A stretch of DNA of 64,000 nt from a virus (Duplodnaviria > Caudoviricetes): the IMG/VR virus record IMGVR_UViG_3300032132_000748; one strand, given 5' to 3'. Both the position numbers and the translations under genes were made by a program. Each line of letters opens with the position of its first letter. Position 1 is the first letter of the stretch. A model generated the notes under the pieces. The model was not told where the DNA came from. It ran no database searches and saw only the letters and a program-made list of their open reading frames with translations. This document shows, one piece after another, positions 19,111 through 28,841 of this stretch.

Positions 19111-21912
19111 TTATTTCTCCTTTGTGGTTGTGGTTTTCTTAGCTCTCTTACGAGGTTTTTTTGGCTCAGCCTCTACCTTAGCTTCTTTAGCTGGGGCCTT
19201 TTTCTTAGCTGCTGGCTTCTTAGCTGCTGGCTTCTTAGCCTTTGGCTTTTCCGCAGGTGCTTCGGCAACAGGCTCTGGTTCGGGCTCTTTAGTTGGTTCG
19301 ACAGCTTCCGGGTTAGCCATAACAGCAAGCATCTTATCCATCCATTCGATGGTAGGGGCTTGCATGAAGAAAGAGCAGAACTCTTCGTCAAACATTGTTT
19401 GAAGGAGAGGGAATAGTTGTCCTACAACGACTTCTGAACTTTGTCCTTCTTCTTGAAGGAAGGCAACAATAGGTACCGAAAGTCTGACTTTTGCTTCTTC
19501 AGCCGCCTGTGCTGGAGTAACTTCACCACTCTCAATCGCTAATTTTACGTATTGGAAGAAATCAGCAACCCGAGGGATCTCTTGCATAGGATCTATGCCA
19601 TAGAAATCATCTAGATTCTCTTCGTAATCATCCTCTTGAGTCTCCTCCTCATAAATCTCTTCCTCAACTTCATATTCTTCTTCCTCAACTTTTTGTTTTG
19701 GTTGGGGAACAACTGAAGGTGCTGGAGTTGCTGGTGTTGGGTTAACAACTCTTCTTTGTGCTGGTTGGGGTGGTGCGGGTATTTGCTGACGCATACCGCC
19801 CCCACCACCCATTCCTAGAATTTGTGCTAGAAGGGGTCCCCCATCAGTGAGAATCTTCTTAAGAGCACCCATCATACCGCCGGAATCATCATCATCTTCG
19901 ACTTTAAAGTTGAGATCATTTACCATATCTATCTGCAACTTACGCTGCAAATATTCCTTAATGGCGCTATCGAAGGGGTCTTCACCCTTTTTAGATTCAA
20001 GATTTGACAATTCATGCTTCATCTTAGACATCTGCATAGCAGTTCCGTGACGAATCTTTTCTAGTTCCATCTGCGCTTGCGTTTGGAGCATCTTAGATTC
20101 GCTATCACTAGTCATCTTAGCGATAGCCATTTCCATCTGTAGCTGTGATTCTCTTGTGCCGTAGTTATTGTTATAGATTTGCTCTAACAATTTATGCTCA
20201 ACACCAGTTCTTTGAGTATCCATTCCTCGCATCTTTTCATTGATTTCCATCTCTTTAAGACGCATCTCATCTTTCCACTCCATCTCTTTGCGACGCAGCT
20301 CTTCATCACGAAGTCTCATTTGTTCACGGAATTGTCGTTCTTCCTGAACCATTCTTTCACGATGTTCTCGTTCTGAACGACGAGCCTCTTCATCTCTTCT
20401 TCGTTGCTCCTCTCGCAATTTTTCTTCTCTTTCACGAGTTTCAATACGAGCCTTTTCCTCTTTTTCTCGGGATTCTCTGCGAGCTTGTTCTTCGCGAACA
20501 CGCATCTCTTCCCGCATTTTATCGTATTCTAATCGAAGACGATGTTCGGTATCGCTTGACTCTCTATGCTTTCCTTCAAGGGTTTCTCTCATCTGCGTAA
20601 GCATTGCTTGGTGTTGTTCCTGAGCCATCCTTTGTTGTTGCAAGAATCGTTCTTCCATCTTTGATTGATAGTCGAGCATTTCTCTTCTATTTAACTCTCT
20701 GTCTTTTCTTTCTTTCTCAGAGTGATCTTCTTTAGATTTATCCGTTATACGAACAAGATCCTGCATACCTTGCATAAGGCCGACCATCTCTTTATTCATA
20801 GAGCTGAATTGTCCAGCACTCGCGCTATCTCTATTACTCTTATTATCAAGCCAGTTAACAATTACCGGGGCTACCGCAGTTATAACTTCAGCATTTAAAA
20901 ATGATTCTGGTTTTTTGTTCATGCTGTTTGCCATAAGAGATATAGTGTCTGTTAGTTTTCCTAATTTTGAGTCGAGTTTATTAGTAATCTTATCTTCCAA
21001 TCCTCTCAACTCACCCTTAACCTCATCCTGCGGATCTCTTCTAAATGAAGATTGTCCATAAGGTGGGCTAAATCCGTGAGGAGGAGGGAAAGATCCCCCA
21101 CCATAAGGAGACGGGAAGGGTGATGAAAACCCGGAAGGACGTAAAGGTCTTCTGGGAGTAGGATCAAATGAATCGTCATCATCCCAACCATCGTCATCGT
21201 CATCGTCATCGCTTACTGTAGGGGCTGAAATTGCCGGTGTTGGGGCTACAGGTTCGGGCTGTGCTATTTGTATTGGGTCTTCTTCCGGCACCTCTCTAGG
21301 TATTTTAGGTAATCCAGAAATTTCGAAAGTTTTCGACTTTACATATTTTCCTGTTCCATCAACAATTCGAAGCTGGTATTTACCTCCGCCATATTTTTGG
21401 CCTACATTTTCAATAATGTCAGGAATGGTTGTTGGAAGATGGAAGGTGTCGAGGTAGCCGTTTATTTTAGTACCTTTGATCATTTGCGGTTCTAGCCGCA
21501 TTACCATTAGTTTATACTCAGTTAAACTAGAGGTATTCATCTCTTTCCATATATTGTTTAATTGTTCTGCGTGTGGGTCATCCTCACTTGCTAAAACAGA
21601 TCCCATAATCTTTTTTGTTCCTGACATACCAGTCTCCTTCGAGTTAGTTACTTTTTGTTTCGGTAATTTTGCTGTTGGTAAAGTTGCCGATGTTATTTTC
21701 TTTTTCTTAGCTGCAGTAGGGGTTAGTTTAATCCCACTGTCTACTAAATCATTAATTGATTCGTGAGTATCCTCACCTAATTTTGAGAAGTCTATTCCCA
21801 GCCCATCATCTATATCTGATAGAGAATCGAAAAAACTATCATCCATGATGTTTCCACCAGATTGGATATTCTTAGTTTTCCCTTTTGGGGCATCTAGCTC
21901 TTTTTCAGCCAT
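19111..21912 (-). CDS. Large coiled-coil, low-complexity protein (933 aa)
   Basis: E/R/K/M-rich coiled coil, acidic and Pro-rich linkers, KKPAA histone-like tail. Confidence 0.88.
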   Translation of the reverse strand: MAEKELDAPKGKTKNIQSGGNIMDDSFFDSLSDIDDGLGIDFSKLGEDTHESINDLVDSGIKLTPTAAKKKKITSATLPTAKLPKQKVTNSKETGMSGTKKIMGSVLASEDDPHAEQLNNIWKEMNTSSLTEYKLMVMRLEPQMIKGTKINGYLDTFHLPTTIPDIIENVGQKYGGGKYQLRIVDGTGKYVKSKTFEISGLPKIPREVPEEDPIQIAQPEPVAPTPAISAPTVSDDDDDDDGWDDDDSFDPTPRRPLRPSGFSSPFPSPYGGGSFPPPHGFSPPYGQSSFRRDPQDEVKGELRGLEDKITNKLDSKLGKLTDTISLMANSMNKKPESFLNAEVITAVAPVIVNWLDNKSNRDSASAGQFSSMNKEMVGLMQGMQDLVRITDKSKEDHSEKERKDRELNRREMLDYQSKMEERFLQQQRMAQEQHQAMLTQMRETLEGKHRESSDTEHRLRLEYDKMREEMRVREEQARRESREKEEKARIETREREEKLREEQRRRDEEARRSEREHRERMVQEERQFREQMRLRDEELRRKEMEWKDEMRLKEMEINEKMRGMDTQRTGVEHKLLEQIYNNNYGTRESQLQMEMAIAKMTSDSESKMLQTQAQMELEKIRHGTAMQMSKMKHELSNLESKKGEDPFDSAIKEYLQRKLQIDMVNDLNFKVEDDDDSGGMMGALKKILTDGGPLLAQILGMGGGGGMRQQIPAPPQPAQRRVVNPTPATPAPSVVPQPKQKVEEEEYEVEEEIYEEETQEDDYEENLDDFYGIDPMQEIPRVADFFQYVKLAIESGEVTPAQAAEEAKVRLSVPIVAFLQEEGQSSEVVVGQLFPLLQTMFDEEFCSFFMQAPTIEWMDKMLAVMANPEAVEPTKEPEPEPVAEAPAEKPKAKKPAAKKPAAKKKAPAKEAKVEAEPKKPRKRAKKTTTTKEK

Positions 21913-22997
21913 TAACTTATCTCCTTACTATCTGGATCTTGCAAAAATTCTTCCGGTATAGGTATGTCATCTGGTAGTTGCCAGGTTGGTTTTGCTGCAG
22001 GTATCTCAGGGTCATTTCCCGCGTGCGGCCTTGATGTTGGATGTAGTCCAGGCATTTCTTCTTTTATCTCTGGTAAAGGAGGGCTTGGGTGCAAACCCGG
22101 CATTTCTGGGACTAATTTTGAAGCAGCTAGTATTTCCGCCAGAGGATCATCATCAGGCTTAACTTCAATTACTGGTTCGGGCTTAACTTCAATTACTGGT
22201 TCGGGCTTAACTTCAATTACTGGTGTTGGCTCGGGCTTAACTTCAATTACTGGTTCTGATCTCCAATCTCTAGTCATAGGATTTGAAACTAAAGGTTCAG
22301 GTCTAACTATTTCTGCCATCTCTTTATCTAGCGGCTTTGAAATAATTGGTAGTTCTGAAATTGGTATAGAAGGGGGATTAAGTAAATCAGAGAAATCTTT
22401 TGGAGTAGTAATAGGAGGAGCCGCTACAGATGGTTTTGTTACTGCCTCTTTAACTTCTTTAGGGGCAACTTCTGCGGGGTTAACAATAGGTCCAATTTTT
22501 TCTACAATCGGTAGTGTAAGATTATTTTCACTATTTTTATTTACGTCCTTAACAGGAGGAGTTGGAGGAACAGTTGTTTTTTGTTCAACAACCGGGGTTG
22601 TTGCGACAGCCCCCACAGCAGCACCTACCAAAGCAGGCTTCTTTGCAACAGTTACGCCTTGGCTTGCTGCTACAGATGCTGGGGTAGCTGACTCTACTTT
22701 TCTAGGGGGAGGTCCTGCGGTTGGCAGCTTTTTACGGAGCTTATCGAAAGTGGAAAGCATTCCCCCGCTAACAGCACCAACTAGTTTTTCTCGTCTCTGA
22801 TGTTGTCTTACGGGAATACCCCCACCTTCTGCAAGCATTCCAAAGGAGTCAACTGCAGACTTTAATCCGCATTGTTCATATGATTCATCCCACAAGGCAC
22901 ACGCCTCCTCAACACAATGATGCGCTCCCCCTGCTTGGGAGTTTTCCTTGTTTACGTAGAAGGAGAAGAAACTTAATGGGCAAAATTTTCGGGCCAT
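21912..22997 (-). CDS. Pro-rich protein with N-terminal Cys cluster
   Basis: CPL...C...CALWD...C putative Zn site; PVIEVKP repeats. Confidence 0.8.
   Translation of the reverse strand: MARKFCPLSFFSFYVNKENSQAGGAHHCVEEACALWDESYEQCGLKSAVDSFGMLAEGGGIPVRQHQRREKLVGAVSGGMLSTFDKLRKKLPTAGPPPRKVESATPASVAASQGVTVAKKPALVGAAVGAVATTPVVEQKTTVPPTPPVKDVNKNSENNLTLPIVEKIGPIVNPAEVAPKEVKEAVTKPSVAAPPITTPKDFSDLLNPPSIPISELPIISKPLDKEMAEIVRPEPLVSNPMTRDWRSEPVIEVKPEPTPVIEVKPEPVIEVKPEPVIEVKPDDDPLAEILAASKLVPEMPGLHPSPPLPEIKEEMPGLHPTSRPHAGNDPEIPAAKPTWQLPDDIPIPEEFLQDPDSKEIS
22155..22257 (-). repeat. In-frame tandem repeat encoding PVIEVKP(E) x4
   Basis: GGCTTAACTTCAATTACTGGT repeated four times. Confidence 0.9.
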
Positions 22998-23202
22998 AAT
23001 TACACTTTCTTACAAAGTAAGTAATTTTAGGCTTTTATGGAAGCCCTGGACACCAAAAAAAGGTAAAAGTACAGAGAGTAATTTATAGTGGATATTGACG
23101 TGTCATGTTGACTGGTTTTTTTGTGCCCTTTTTCTGGACTTTTTTAGTCAAATTAGGTTCAAAACCCTCATTATATTTACGGCAATTAAATCAGCCTACG
23201 GG

Positions 23203-23320
23203 TTGACACACAAGCTTTCCGTGATATACTAGACGGGTCAGCAGGGAAAGACCGTTGACAAAATAAACTTGGCTGCTACTTTAAAAACTTGGTGCCCTTA
23301 GTGGGACGACCAGGTATAAT
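23203..23320 (+). promoter_or_regulatory. Cluster of sigma70-like promoters at the divergence point of the two gene blocks
   Basis: TTGACA-16-TATACT (23203-23230), TTGACA-16-TACTTT (23254-23281), TATAAT (23315). Confidence 0.65.
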
Positions 23321-23337
23321 AGTTGATGGGGATCATC

Positions 23338-23592
23338 ATGAGCGAAGTGGCGACTGTTAAGACAGGTATTTTTTCAACTTTTGAGGAATTGGAGGGGCCT
23401 GTTGATGTAAAAATCACGGAACCTGTAGTAGAATCGGCTGATTCTAGTGAAACCCCTCAAACTGATAAAGACAAATTAGAGAACATCCTAGCATTACTTG
23501 ATGAGGCAAGATTGAATCTGAAAGACACAAGTGGTCAAGGATTTCTATTTAACGCTCAACATCAAATAATTGCGTATCTTAATACGAGATAA
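23338..23592 (+). CDS. Hypothetical protein
   Basis: First gene after the promoter cluster; start uncertain. Confidence 0.65.
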   Translation: MSEVATVKTGIFSTFEELEGPVDVKITEPVVESADSSETPQTDKDKLENILALLDEARLNLKDTSGQGFLFNAQHQIIAYLNTR

Positions 23593-23594
23593 CA

Positions 23595-24551
23595 GTGGAA
23601 GAAAAACTCGTTTTCGATAACACGATTTATCGTGTACGCCACGGTAGTATGGCCTATGGGACCAATATAGCCGGATCGGATATCGATGAAAAGGGGATTT
23701 GCATCCTACCTGATCCCAGCTATTACTACGGATTTAAACGGTTCGAACAAAAAGATGGTGAGTGGGAGGATGGCAATGATCGGGTTATTTACGATATTCG
23801 TAAATTTGTAAAGCTCGCTCTAGAGTGTAATCCTTCTATTATTGAAATTCTGTTCGTTGACGAAGCCGATATACTATATATCGATGATATGGGTCAGCAG
23901 CTTCGTGATAGTAGGGACATGTTTCTCTCTAAACAAGCTGCGCGCAAGTTTAGCGGATATGCTTTTAGCCAACTTCACAGAATTAAGAATCATAAGGTAT
24001 GGCAAGACGGTGAATTAGAGGAACCGAAGCCAGAAGATTTTGTCAAAGTAACTCAACTTACGACCGATAGTAAGAAATTTACTATTGAACTAGACAATCA
24101 TATGTTCGCAGTAAATCCTCCGAAGACTCTTCTTACAAACGATGCAGATATTTCTGTAGCTATTGAGCACTTTGATAAGCACGGACTCCGGGTTGCTAAT
24201 AAAAGATACGGTCAGTACCTTCGCTACATGAAGCATAGGAACCCTAAACGAGCAAAACTAGAGGAACAGTTCGGTTACGATACCAAACATGGGATGCATT
24301 TAATTCGGCTTCTTAGGATGGGAGTTGAACTGATTCGTGATGGTAACGTAATTGTTCGTCGCCCGGATAAGGATGAACTATTAGCCATCCGTAACGGAGA
24401 AGTTTCCTACGATAAGCTAGTTGAAGAGGCGGATAGACTTGACGCAGAGCTTAAGACGGCAATACCAAACAGTCCGCTCCCCGAAGAGCCAGATTACAAG
24501 AAGGCCCAAGAGCTTTTAGTGAAACTTGTTAAAGAAAAACTGGGTAACTAG
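23595..24551 (+). CDS. Pol-beta superfamily nucleotidyltransferase (Nuc-transf/RlaP-like)
   Basis: HGSMAYGT....SD.D.KG, NP..IE.LF, GYA..QL, GYDTKH.MHL.RL, SPLPEEPD. Confidence 0.9.
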   Translation: MEEKLVFDNTIYRVRHGSMAYGTNIAGSDIDEKGICILPDPSYYYGFKRFEQKDGEWEDGNDRVIYDIRKFVKLALECNPSIIEILFVDEADILYIDDMGQQLRDSRDMFLSKQAARKFSGYAFSQLHRIKNHKVWQDGELEEPKPEDFVKVTQLTTDSKKFTIELDNHMFAVNPPKTLLTNDADISVAIEHFDKHGLRVANKRYGQYLRYMKHRNPKRAKLEEQFGYDTKHGMHLIRLLRMGVELIRDGNVIVRRPDKDELLAIRNGEVSYDKLVEEADRLDAELKTAIPNSPLPEEPDYKKAQELLVKLVKEKLGN

Positions 24552-24620
24552 AATGGTAAAGTGTGGTTGAAAGGTTCGCGCCTTAGTATGAACAGCTAAA
24601 AGCTCTCATATGTTATCACA

Positions 24621-24782
24621 GGTTTGACAGATCATTGTAATATTCAAGCAGGAGTAGCCCGGTGAGGTCAATTCATGCATGAAACTTTTGTGGGGTGGCT
24701 GTAATGGTACGCGAGACAATATTACGATGGGGCTGGATGTTTGGTCGAGAATGCATCGCGGGTTCGAATCCTGCTTAAACCA
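24621..24782 (+). ncRNA. tRNA-like structured RNA (162 nt)
   Basis: Acceptor GGUUUGA/UUAAACC-A, T-arm GCGGG-UUCGAAU-CCUGC, 12-bp internal helix 24633-24644/24718-24729. Confidence 0.55.
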
Positions 24783-24802
24783 TAACTAACGAGGTAGCTT
24801 TA

Positions 24803-25087
24803 ATGTCTAAAACAAATGAATTTGATTTAATGGAGTGGTCTGCTCCGAATCTTTGTAACTCCCACGCTAAGCTTGAAGTCAAAGGTTATGATAATGGCGA
24901 CGGTGATGGTCCCCATTATTTCAATTTACATATTGATACTTGTGGTGGCGGGGATTTTGGGGCGTCGATGGATATATCGATTCAGTCAATTGAAGATCTA
25001 AGAAAACTTTCCGAGAGTTTTACTCGCGCTTACCATAAAGCGTTGAGCATTAAGGAGCAAAATGAGTCGCTTCAAAGAAGTACTTAG
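24803..25087 (+). CDS. Hypothetical protein
   Basis: GAGG RBS. Confidence 0.7.
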   Translation: MSKTNEFDLMEWSAPNLCNSHAKLEVKGYDNGDGDGPHYFNLHIDTCGGGDFGASMDISIQSIEDLRKLSESFTRAYHKALSIKEQNESLQRST

Positions 25088-25181
25088 TAACTTTTGGCAC
25101 AGATTGGATCGAGATGAGAAAGCAATTATCGTTTTACCGATGTTGTTGATTCTTGTAATACTTATTAGCGCCTTAGGATGA
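25062..25181 (+). CDS. Small membrane protein (39 aa)
   Basis: Not in track; AAGGAG RBS; MSRFKEVLSNFW...IIVLPMLLILVILISALG*; ATGA coupling to next gene. Confidence 0.6.
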   Translation: MSRFKEVLSNFWHRLDRDEKAIIVLPMLLILVILISALG

Positions 25182-25402
25182 AAATTGATTTAGGGATAAA
25201 ACCTAAAAAAGAAATTAAACCCAAACCTTCACGCCCCACGTTGACTAATAAACAGCGGAAAGAGGTAATGAAGGGTTGGTACATACACTGTAATAGTAGT
25301 TTTTACGTTGGCTACGGCTGGCGAACATTACCACCCTGCCCGAAATGCAATAAAAAATCCGAGAAAGCAACTCAAGGGCAAGTCTATGATGAGCATTCAT
25401 AA
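25178..25402 (+). CDS. Small Zn-ribbon-like protein
   Basis: HC...CPKC motif; coupled. Confidence 0.55.
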   Translation: MKIDLGIKPKKEIKPKPSRPTLTNKQRKEVMKGWYIHCNSSFYVGYGWRTLPPCPKCNKKSEKATQGQVYDEHS

Positions 25403-25424
25403 AATAACAATATAGAGAATACAA

Positions 25425-26249
25425 ATGCCTAAAGCAGTTAAAGAAAAAGAGCCGCCCGTAAGGTGGTTTAAGTCAAACAAACAATTGGGTGAGGTTAGAT
25501 TACTACCAAGTAATATAGATTCCAGAGTTCTTATCAGAAAACCAAAAAAGGAACACCAGTGCGGCGGTTATGGGAGTTGTCATCAATTCTCAATTGTATG
25601 TATGTTAAACCCAAAAACCAGAACTATAAATAATAATGGTGGGGCGGATAGAGCATACGGGAGTCAAACTAAAGGAATAAAAACTCCTAAGATAATTTTT
25701 CAATATGATTTGAATACTTTGGCCCTTAACGCCACGACTAACATTGGTTACTATTATCGACCAGAGAAAGAAAGAGAAACTCTAGCAGAGATGCTTGAGA
25801 CTCCTATAGCATTTAATTTTACACACGTTTATGATCCAAGCGGATACATGTGTCTAACAAATCGGCACCACACGTCTCCCCGAGTTTTGAACAATATATT
25901 TTGGGATAGTAGTTTCGGCGCTTGTTGGGGTGGAATCTATGGTAATGGTCTCGGAGGAACCTCTAAAAAAGCGTATCATGATTATATTGCTTTTAAAAAA
26001 CCGGAAAGAGATGCAGAACATAAACGTGTTTTGAGTAATTACAAAAATTACTTTGAGACAGACAAAAAACCTACTGCTATATTCTTCTCTAAGAACCCGA
26101 AAATTCTTGCGAAGGCGGGTAAGGAAGGGCTTTTTCCTGGTAAACCTTATGTTGTCGGATTTGCTTGGTTCGCAAAAAACCGCTGGTGGGTCCAACTTAA
26201 GGGTGACGTTTTTCTAAAGCTGACTCCCGAGCAAGTTAAAGCTACCTAA
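25425..26249 (+). CDS. Hypothetical protein
   Basis: 274-aa ORF, TAATG coupling to next gene. Confidence 0.75.
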   Translation: MPKAVKEKEPPVRWFKSNKQLGEVRLLPSNIDSRVLIRKPKKEHQCGGYGSCHQFSIVCMLNPKTRTINNNGGADRAYGSQTKGIKTPKIIFQYDLNTLALNATTNIGYYYRPEKERETLAEMLETPIAFNFTHVYDPSGYMCLTNRHHTSPRVLNNIFWDSSFGACWGGIYGNGLGGTSKKAYHDYIAFKKPERDAEHKRVLSNYKNYFETDKKPTAIFFSKNPKILAKAGKEGLFPGKPYVVGFAWFAKNRWWVQLKGDVFLKLTPEQVKAT

Positions 26250-26719
26250 TGACTACCTATAAAATTTCAGTAGTTATTCAACCCTTTATACTTGAGGGTA
26301 AAACCTTCACGTTGTTCAATGATTTCGTTGTCAGGAGTATTGGCTGGTCTTACAAGTATACTGACGTGGGTATACCTTCTGCCCAGCAGATTCCTGTAGT
26401 TCCGGTTAAGGTTTCAGTAGGAAGTTTTCTAGTAGATGCTATTGATTCAAATAATTTACCTCTGCCCCAAAAAGTAACCGCAGGTATGTTAGAGTGCTCA
26501 GTAATTAATACTAATATAGCCAATAGCCATAAACTAGAAGTTGATATTTACCTTTCTGATAAAGCCGGTTTTAACTCTCACCAACTAATGAGTCGGCCCT
26601 CAATTACTCTTCCAGCCATCAGGCTTAAACCTGCGGCAGGGAGTAGATCAAAGGCTTCTTGCGATTGCTCCTTACAGACTTTGATAGCTCGTGGGTGCCA
26701 AGATCCGAGCCATACTTAA
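26249..26719 (+). CDS. Hypothetical protein with C-terminal CxC-x8-GC tag variant
   Basis: Ends CDCSLQTLIARGCQDPSHT. Confidence 0.7.
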   Translation: MTTYKISVVIQPFILEGKTFTLFNDFVVRSIGWSYKYTDVGIPSAQQIPVVPVKVSVGSFLVDAIDSNNLPLPQKVTAGMLECSVINTNIANSHKLEVDIYLSDKAGFNSHQLMSRPSITLPAIRLKPAAGSRSKASCDCSLQTLIARGCQDPSHT

Positions 26720-26800
26720 ATAGTGCGAACTTTACTTAGTATAGTTTATTTATCCTAATAAATAAGCACGGCTTATTACAAATTCGATATCTCAGGAGGT

Positions 26801-27115
26801 TTGATGGACATCAAACATTCTTCCCTAATCGAACAATTACTTAAAAATATTTATGCCCATTCTTGCGATATGCGTGACGCTTTTCAGCATTACGTCGAAC
26901 ACTCAGATAGTGTTTTAGTCGCACAGTTGGATAATGAAGTAATGGCTTGTGCGCAGGGTATTGCTTTCGGGGCTCTCGCCCAGGAAGCCAAGCAGTATGT
27001 TTATCGCGTTAACAGTCAGCCACGACCCAAAGGTTTTGGCTGCTCTTATTTCTTTCGCGGTGATGAAAAAGAAATAATTAATCTTCTAAATAAAATCATC
27101 TGGAAAATAGACTAA
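26801..27115 (+). CDS. Hypothetical protein
   Basis: AGGAGG RBS. Confidence 0.65.
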   Translation: MMDIKHSSLIEQLLKNIYAHSCDMRDAFQHYVEHSDSVLVAQLDNEVMACAQGIAFGALAQEAKQYVYRVNSQPRPKGFGCSYFFRGDEKEIINLLNKIIWKID

Positions 27116-27124
27116 GGAAAAATT

Positions 27125-27304
27125 ATGTCGTCATTAAGTCGTGTTGAAAAATTAGATATGTTGAAGAAATTCTTCTTAAATAGTTTAGTTGAGGATCCAC
27201 AGGATGGGACTGAGTTTGATTGTGATGTTCTTGATGCAATTGAGTCTTTAGAGTCTCGATACGCTGAAGAGCAGGCTGTTGCATCAGACGATGTGACTGA
27301 ATGA
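27125..27304 (+). CDS. Small acidic hypothetical protein (59 aa)
   Basis: Not in track; AAGGA RBS; MSSLSRVEKLDMLKKFF...SDDVTE*. Confidence 0.55.
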   Translation: MSSLSRVEKLDMLKKFFLNSLVEDPQDGTEFDCDVLDAIESLESRYAEEQAVASDDVTE

Positions 27305-27367
27305 CCTGAGGGTTGCCTGAATAGCCGTTTCTCGATAAGATGGAGAGATACCCTAGGAGGAGCTTTT

Positions 27368-27709
27368 ATGATGAAAGCCAAAGATAAATGTATATTTAAT
27401 TTAGGTAGCTCTAGAGATAGCACTTGGATTGATGACTCTTATGAGGACGGCCATGTTTCAAATGATCTCTGTGACATCCACTCTGAATGGAGCAGCTTAG
27501 ACGGTAAAGAAGTAACCATCGCATCCGTAACGTCAGTTAAGACGGTTAACGGCTGTATTAATGTTGCAAAAGTATTTCTAACCACCTTAGGTGAAGCATT
27601 TTGGTTTACAGCCCTTACTAGCGAGCTAGCTCGTATAGGGGTAGAGAACAGATGCAAGTGCGACCTAGCATTGCTAATAACTCGCGGCTGTCAGTGTGGT
27701 GGCAACTAA
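27368..27709 (+). CDS. Hypothetical protein with C-terminal CxC-x8-GCxCGG tag
   Basis: AGGAGG RBS; ends CKCDLALLITRGCQCGGN. Confidence 0.75.
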   Translation: MMKAKDKCIFNLGSSRDSTWIDDSYEDGHVSNDLCDIHSEWSSLDGKEVTIASVTSVKTVNGCINVAKVFLTTLGEAFWFTALTSELARIGVENRCKCDLALLITRGCQCGGN

Positions 27710-27715
27710 ACATTA

Positions 27716-27844
27716 ATGGCGTTCCTCATCTACGTATTAAAGCTAATTAAATATTATGTTATGGCTTTAGGCTTATTTATTGGAGTACTGATAGTAATGC
27801 CTTGGCTTGTGTGGAATGAGGTTCAGGATGACAGGCAAGAATGA
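27716..27844 (+). CDS. Small membrane protein (42 aa)
   Basis: Not in track; hydrophobic ORF with ATGA coupling to nfi. Confidence 0.5.
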   Translation: MAFLIYVLKLIKYYVMALGLFIGVLIVMPWLVWNEVQDDRQE

Positions 27845-28332
27845 AAGCTTGCTTTGATGTCCAATATAGTGATGACACCGCTCAAGTCGGGTGTCTCATC
27901 TTCCAAGACTGGATAGATGAAATTCCTAGCAACAGTTATTCGGTAACTATTGAGGATGTCGAGGAATATCAGTCGGGGCAATTCTATAAAAGGGAACTAC
28001 CTTGTCTACTTGAGGTTCTCAAGAAAGTAAAAGAGCCTGTTGACACTCTGATTATTGACGGTCATGTTTGGCTCTCTAGTCTGACCGATAAAGGTTTGGG
28101 CGCATATCTCCACCAAATTACTGGGCTACCAGTAATAGGGGTGGCTAAGAGTCAATTTAAAGATTCTGTTGCTACTGAGGTTTTGCGAGGTGAAAGTGCT
28201 CGCCCTCTATATGTGACATCGGCAGGAACAGCAGCTAAATTAGCCGCTGACTGTATTAAGAAAATGCACGGGTCTCATCGTATTCCAACACTATTGAAGG
28301 CAGTTGATCATGTGGCACGTGGATTGAGATAA
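27841..28332 (+). CDS. nfi: Endonuclease V family protein
   Basis: DV.Y, Y..G.FYKRELP, IIDG, GLGA.L, IGVAKS, RGES.RPL, G..RIP. Confidence 0.9.
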   Translation: MKACFDVQYSDDTAQVGCLIFQDWIDEIPSNSYSVTIEDVEEYQSGQFYKRELPCLLEVLKKVKEPVDTLIIDGHVWLSSLTDKGLGAYLHQITGLPVIGVAKSQFKDSVATEVLRGESARPLYVTSAGTAAKLAADCIKKMHGSHRIPTLLKAVDHVARGLR

Positions 28333-28354
28333 AAACTTACATCGGAGTTAGATC

Positions 28355-28819
28355 GTGAAGCATAAAAACATAAAAGACTTTAAAGAGGATTTGAATGAGT
28401 TATCAGAAAGGGAAATTAGGGAATTAGCGGCAGATACTCGTCTAAGACTTGGAGATATGGAAGCTCAACTTGCGGAAAGAAATGCTTACGACGAAGTCGA
28501 TGAAGTATTACTAGTCGAGGACGCCAGATGGCGGGCTAAGTGTTTAACCGCACTTAAATGGGAACGACGTAGATACGCCTTGCTCAAAAGAGCTATAGCC
28601 AAACGAGCGAACGTAGACGTAAGTATTCAATATCTGAGGTGTGCTTCAAAGCTATTGGGGAAATTTATTCACGAAGAAGCTCCTACTAAAGAAGATAGAA
28701 AAGCAGCCCTAGGTGTTTTTGATTACTTACGGAGTGTGGCTCCACCTGAAACCTTAGAGATTGAAGCTTCTGAAGAAAAACCTTCTGAAGAATTAACACT
28801 TTCTGTGTCGTTGACATAG
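28355..28819 (+). CDS. Hypothetical helical protein
   Basis: GGAG RBS. Confidence 0.7.
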   Translation: MKHKNIKDFKEDLNELSEREIRELAADTRLRLGDMEAQLAERNAYDEVDEVLLVEDARWRAKCLTALKWERRRYALLKRAIAKRANVDVSIQYLRCASKLLGKFIHEEAPTKEDRKAALGVFDYLRSVAPPETLEIEASEEKPSEELTLSVSLT

Positions 28820-28841
28820 AGAACAACATCTGGAGAAAATC

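Noticed and set aside
19036-22800. Overlapping ORFs such as 19036..19416 and 21964..22800
   Set aside because: Antisense or alternate-frame shadows of low-complexity genes
24690-24782. Canonical tRNA or tmRNA
   Set aside because: No standard cloverleaf or assignable anticodon; GGGGCTG at 24729 does not pair with the 3' end; too short for tmRNA
27695-27709. CGGx ends as CaaX prenylation or ubiquitin-like GG signals
   Set aside because: GG is not terminal, CaaX needs aliphatic residues, and no matching machinery is visible
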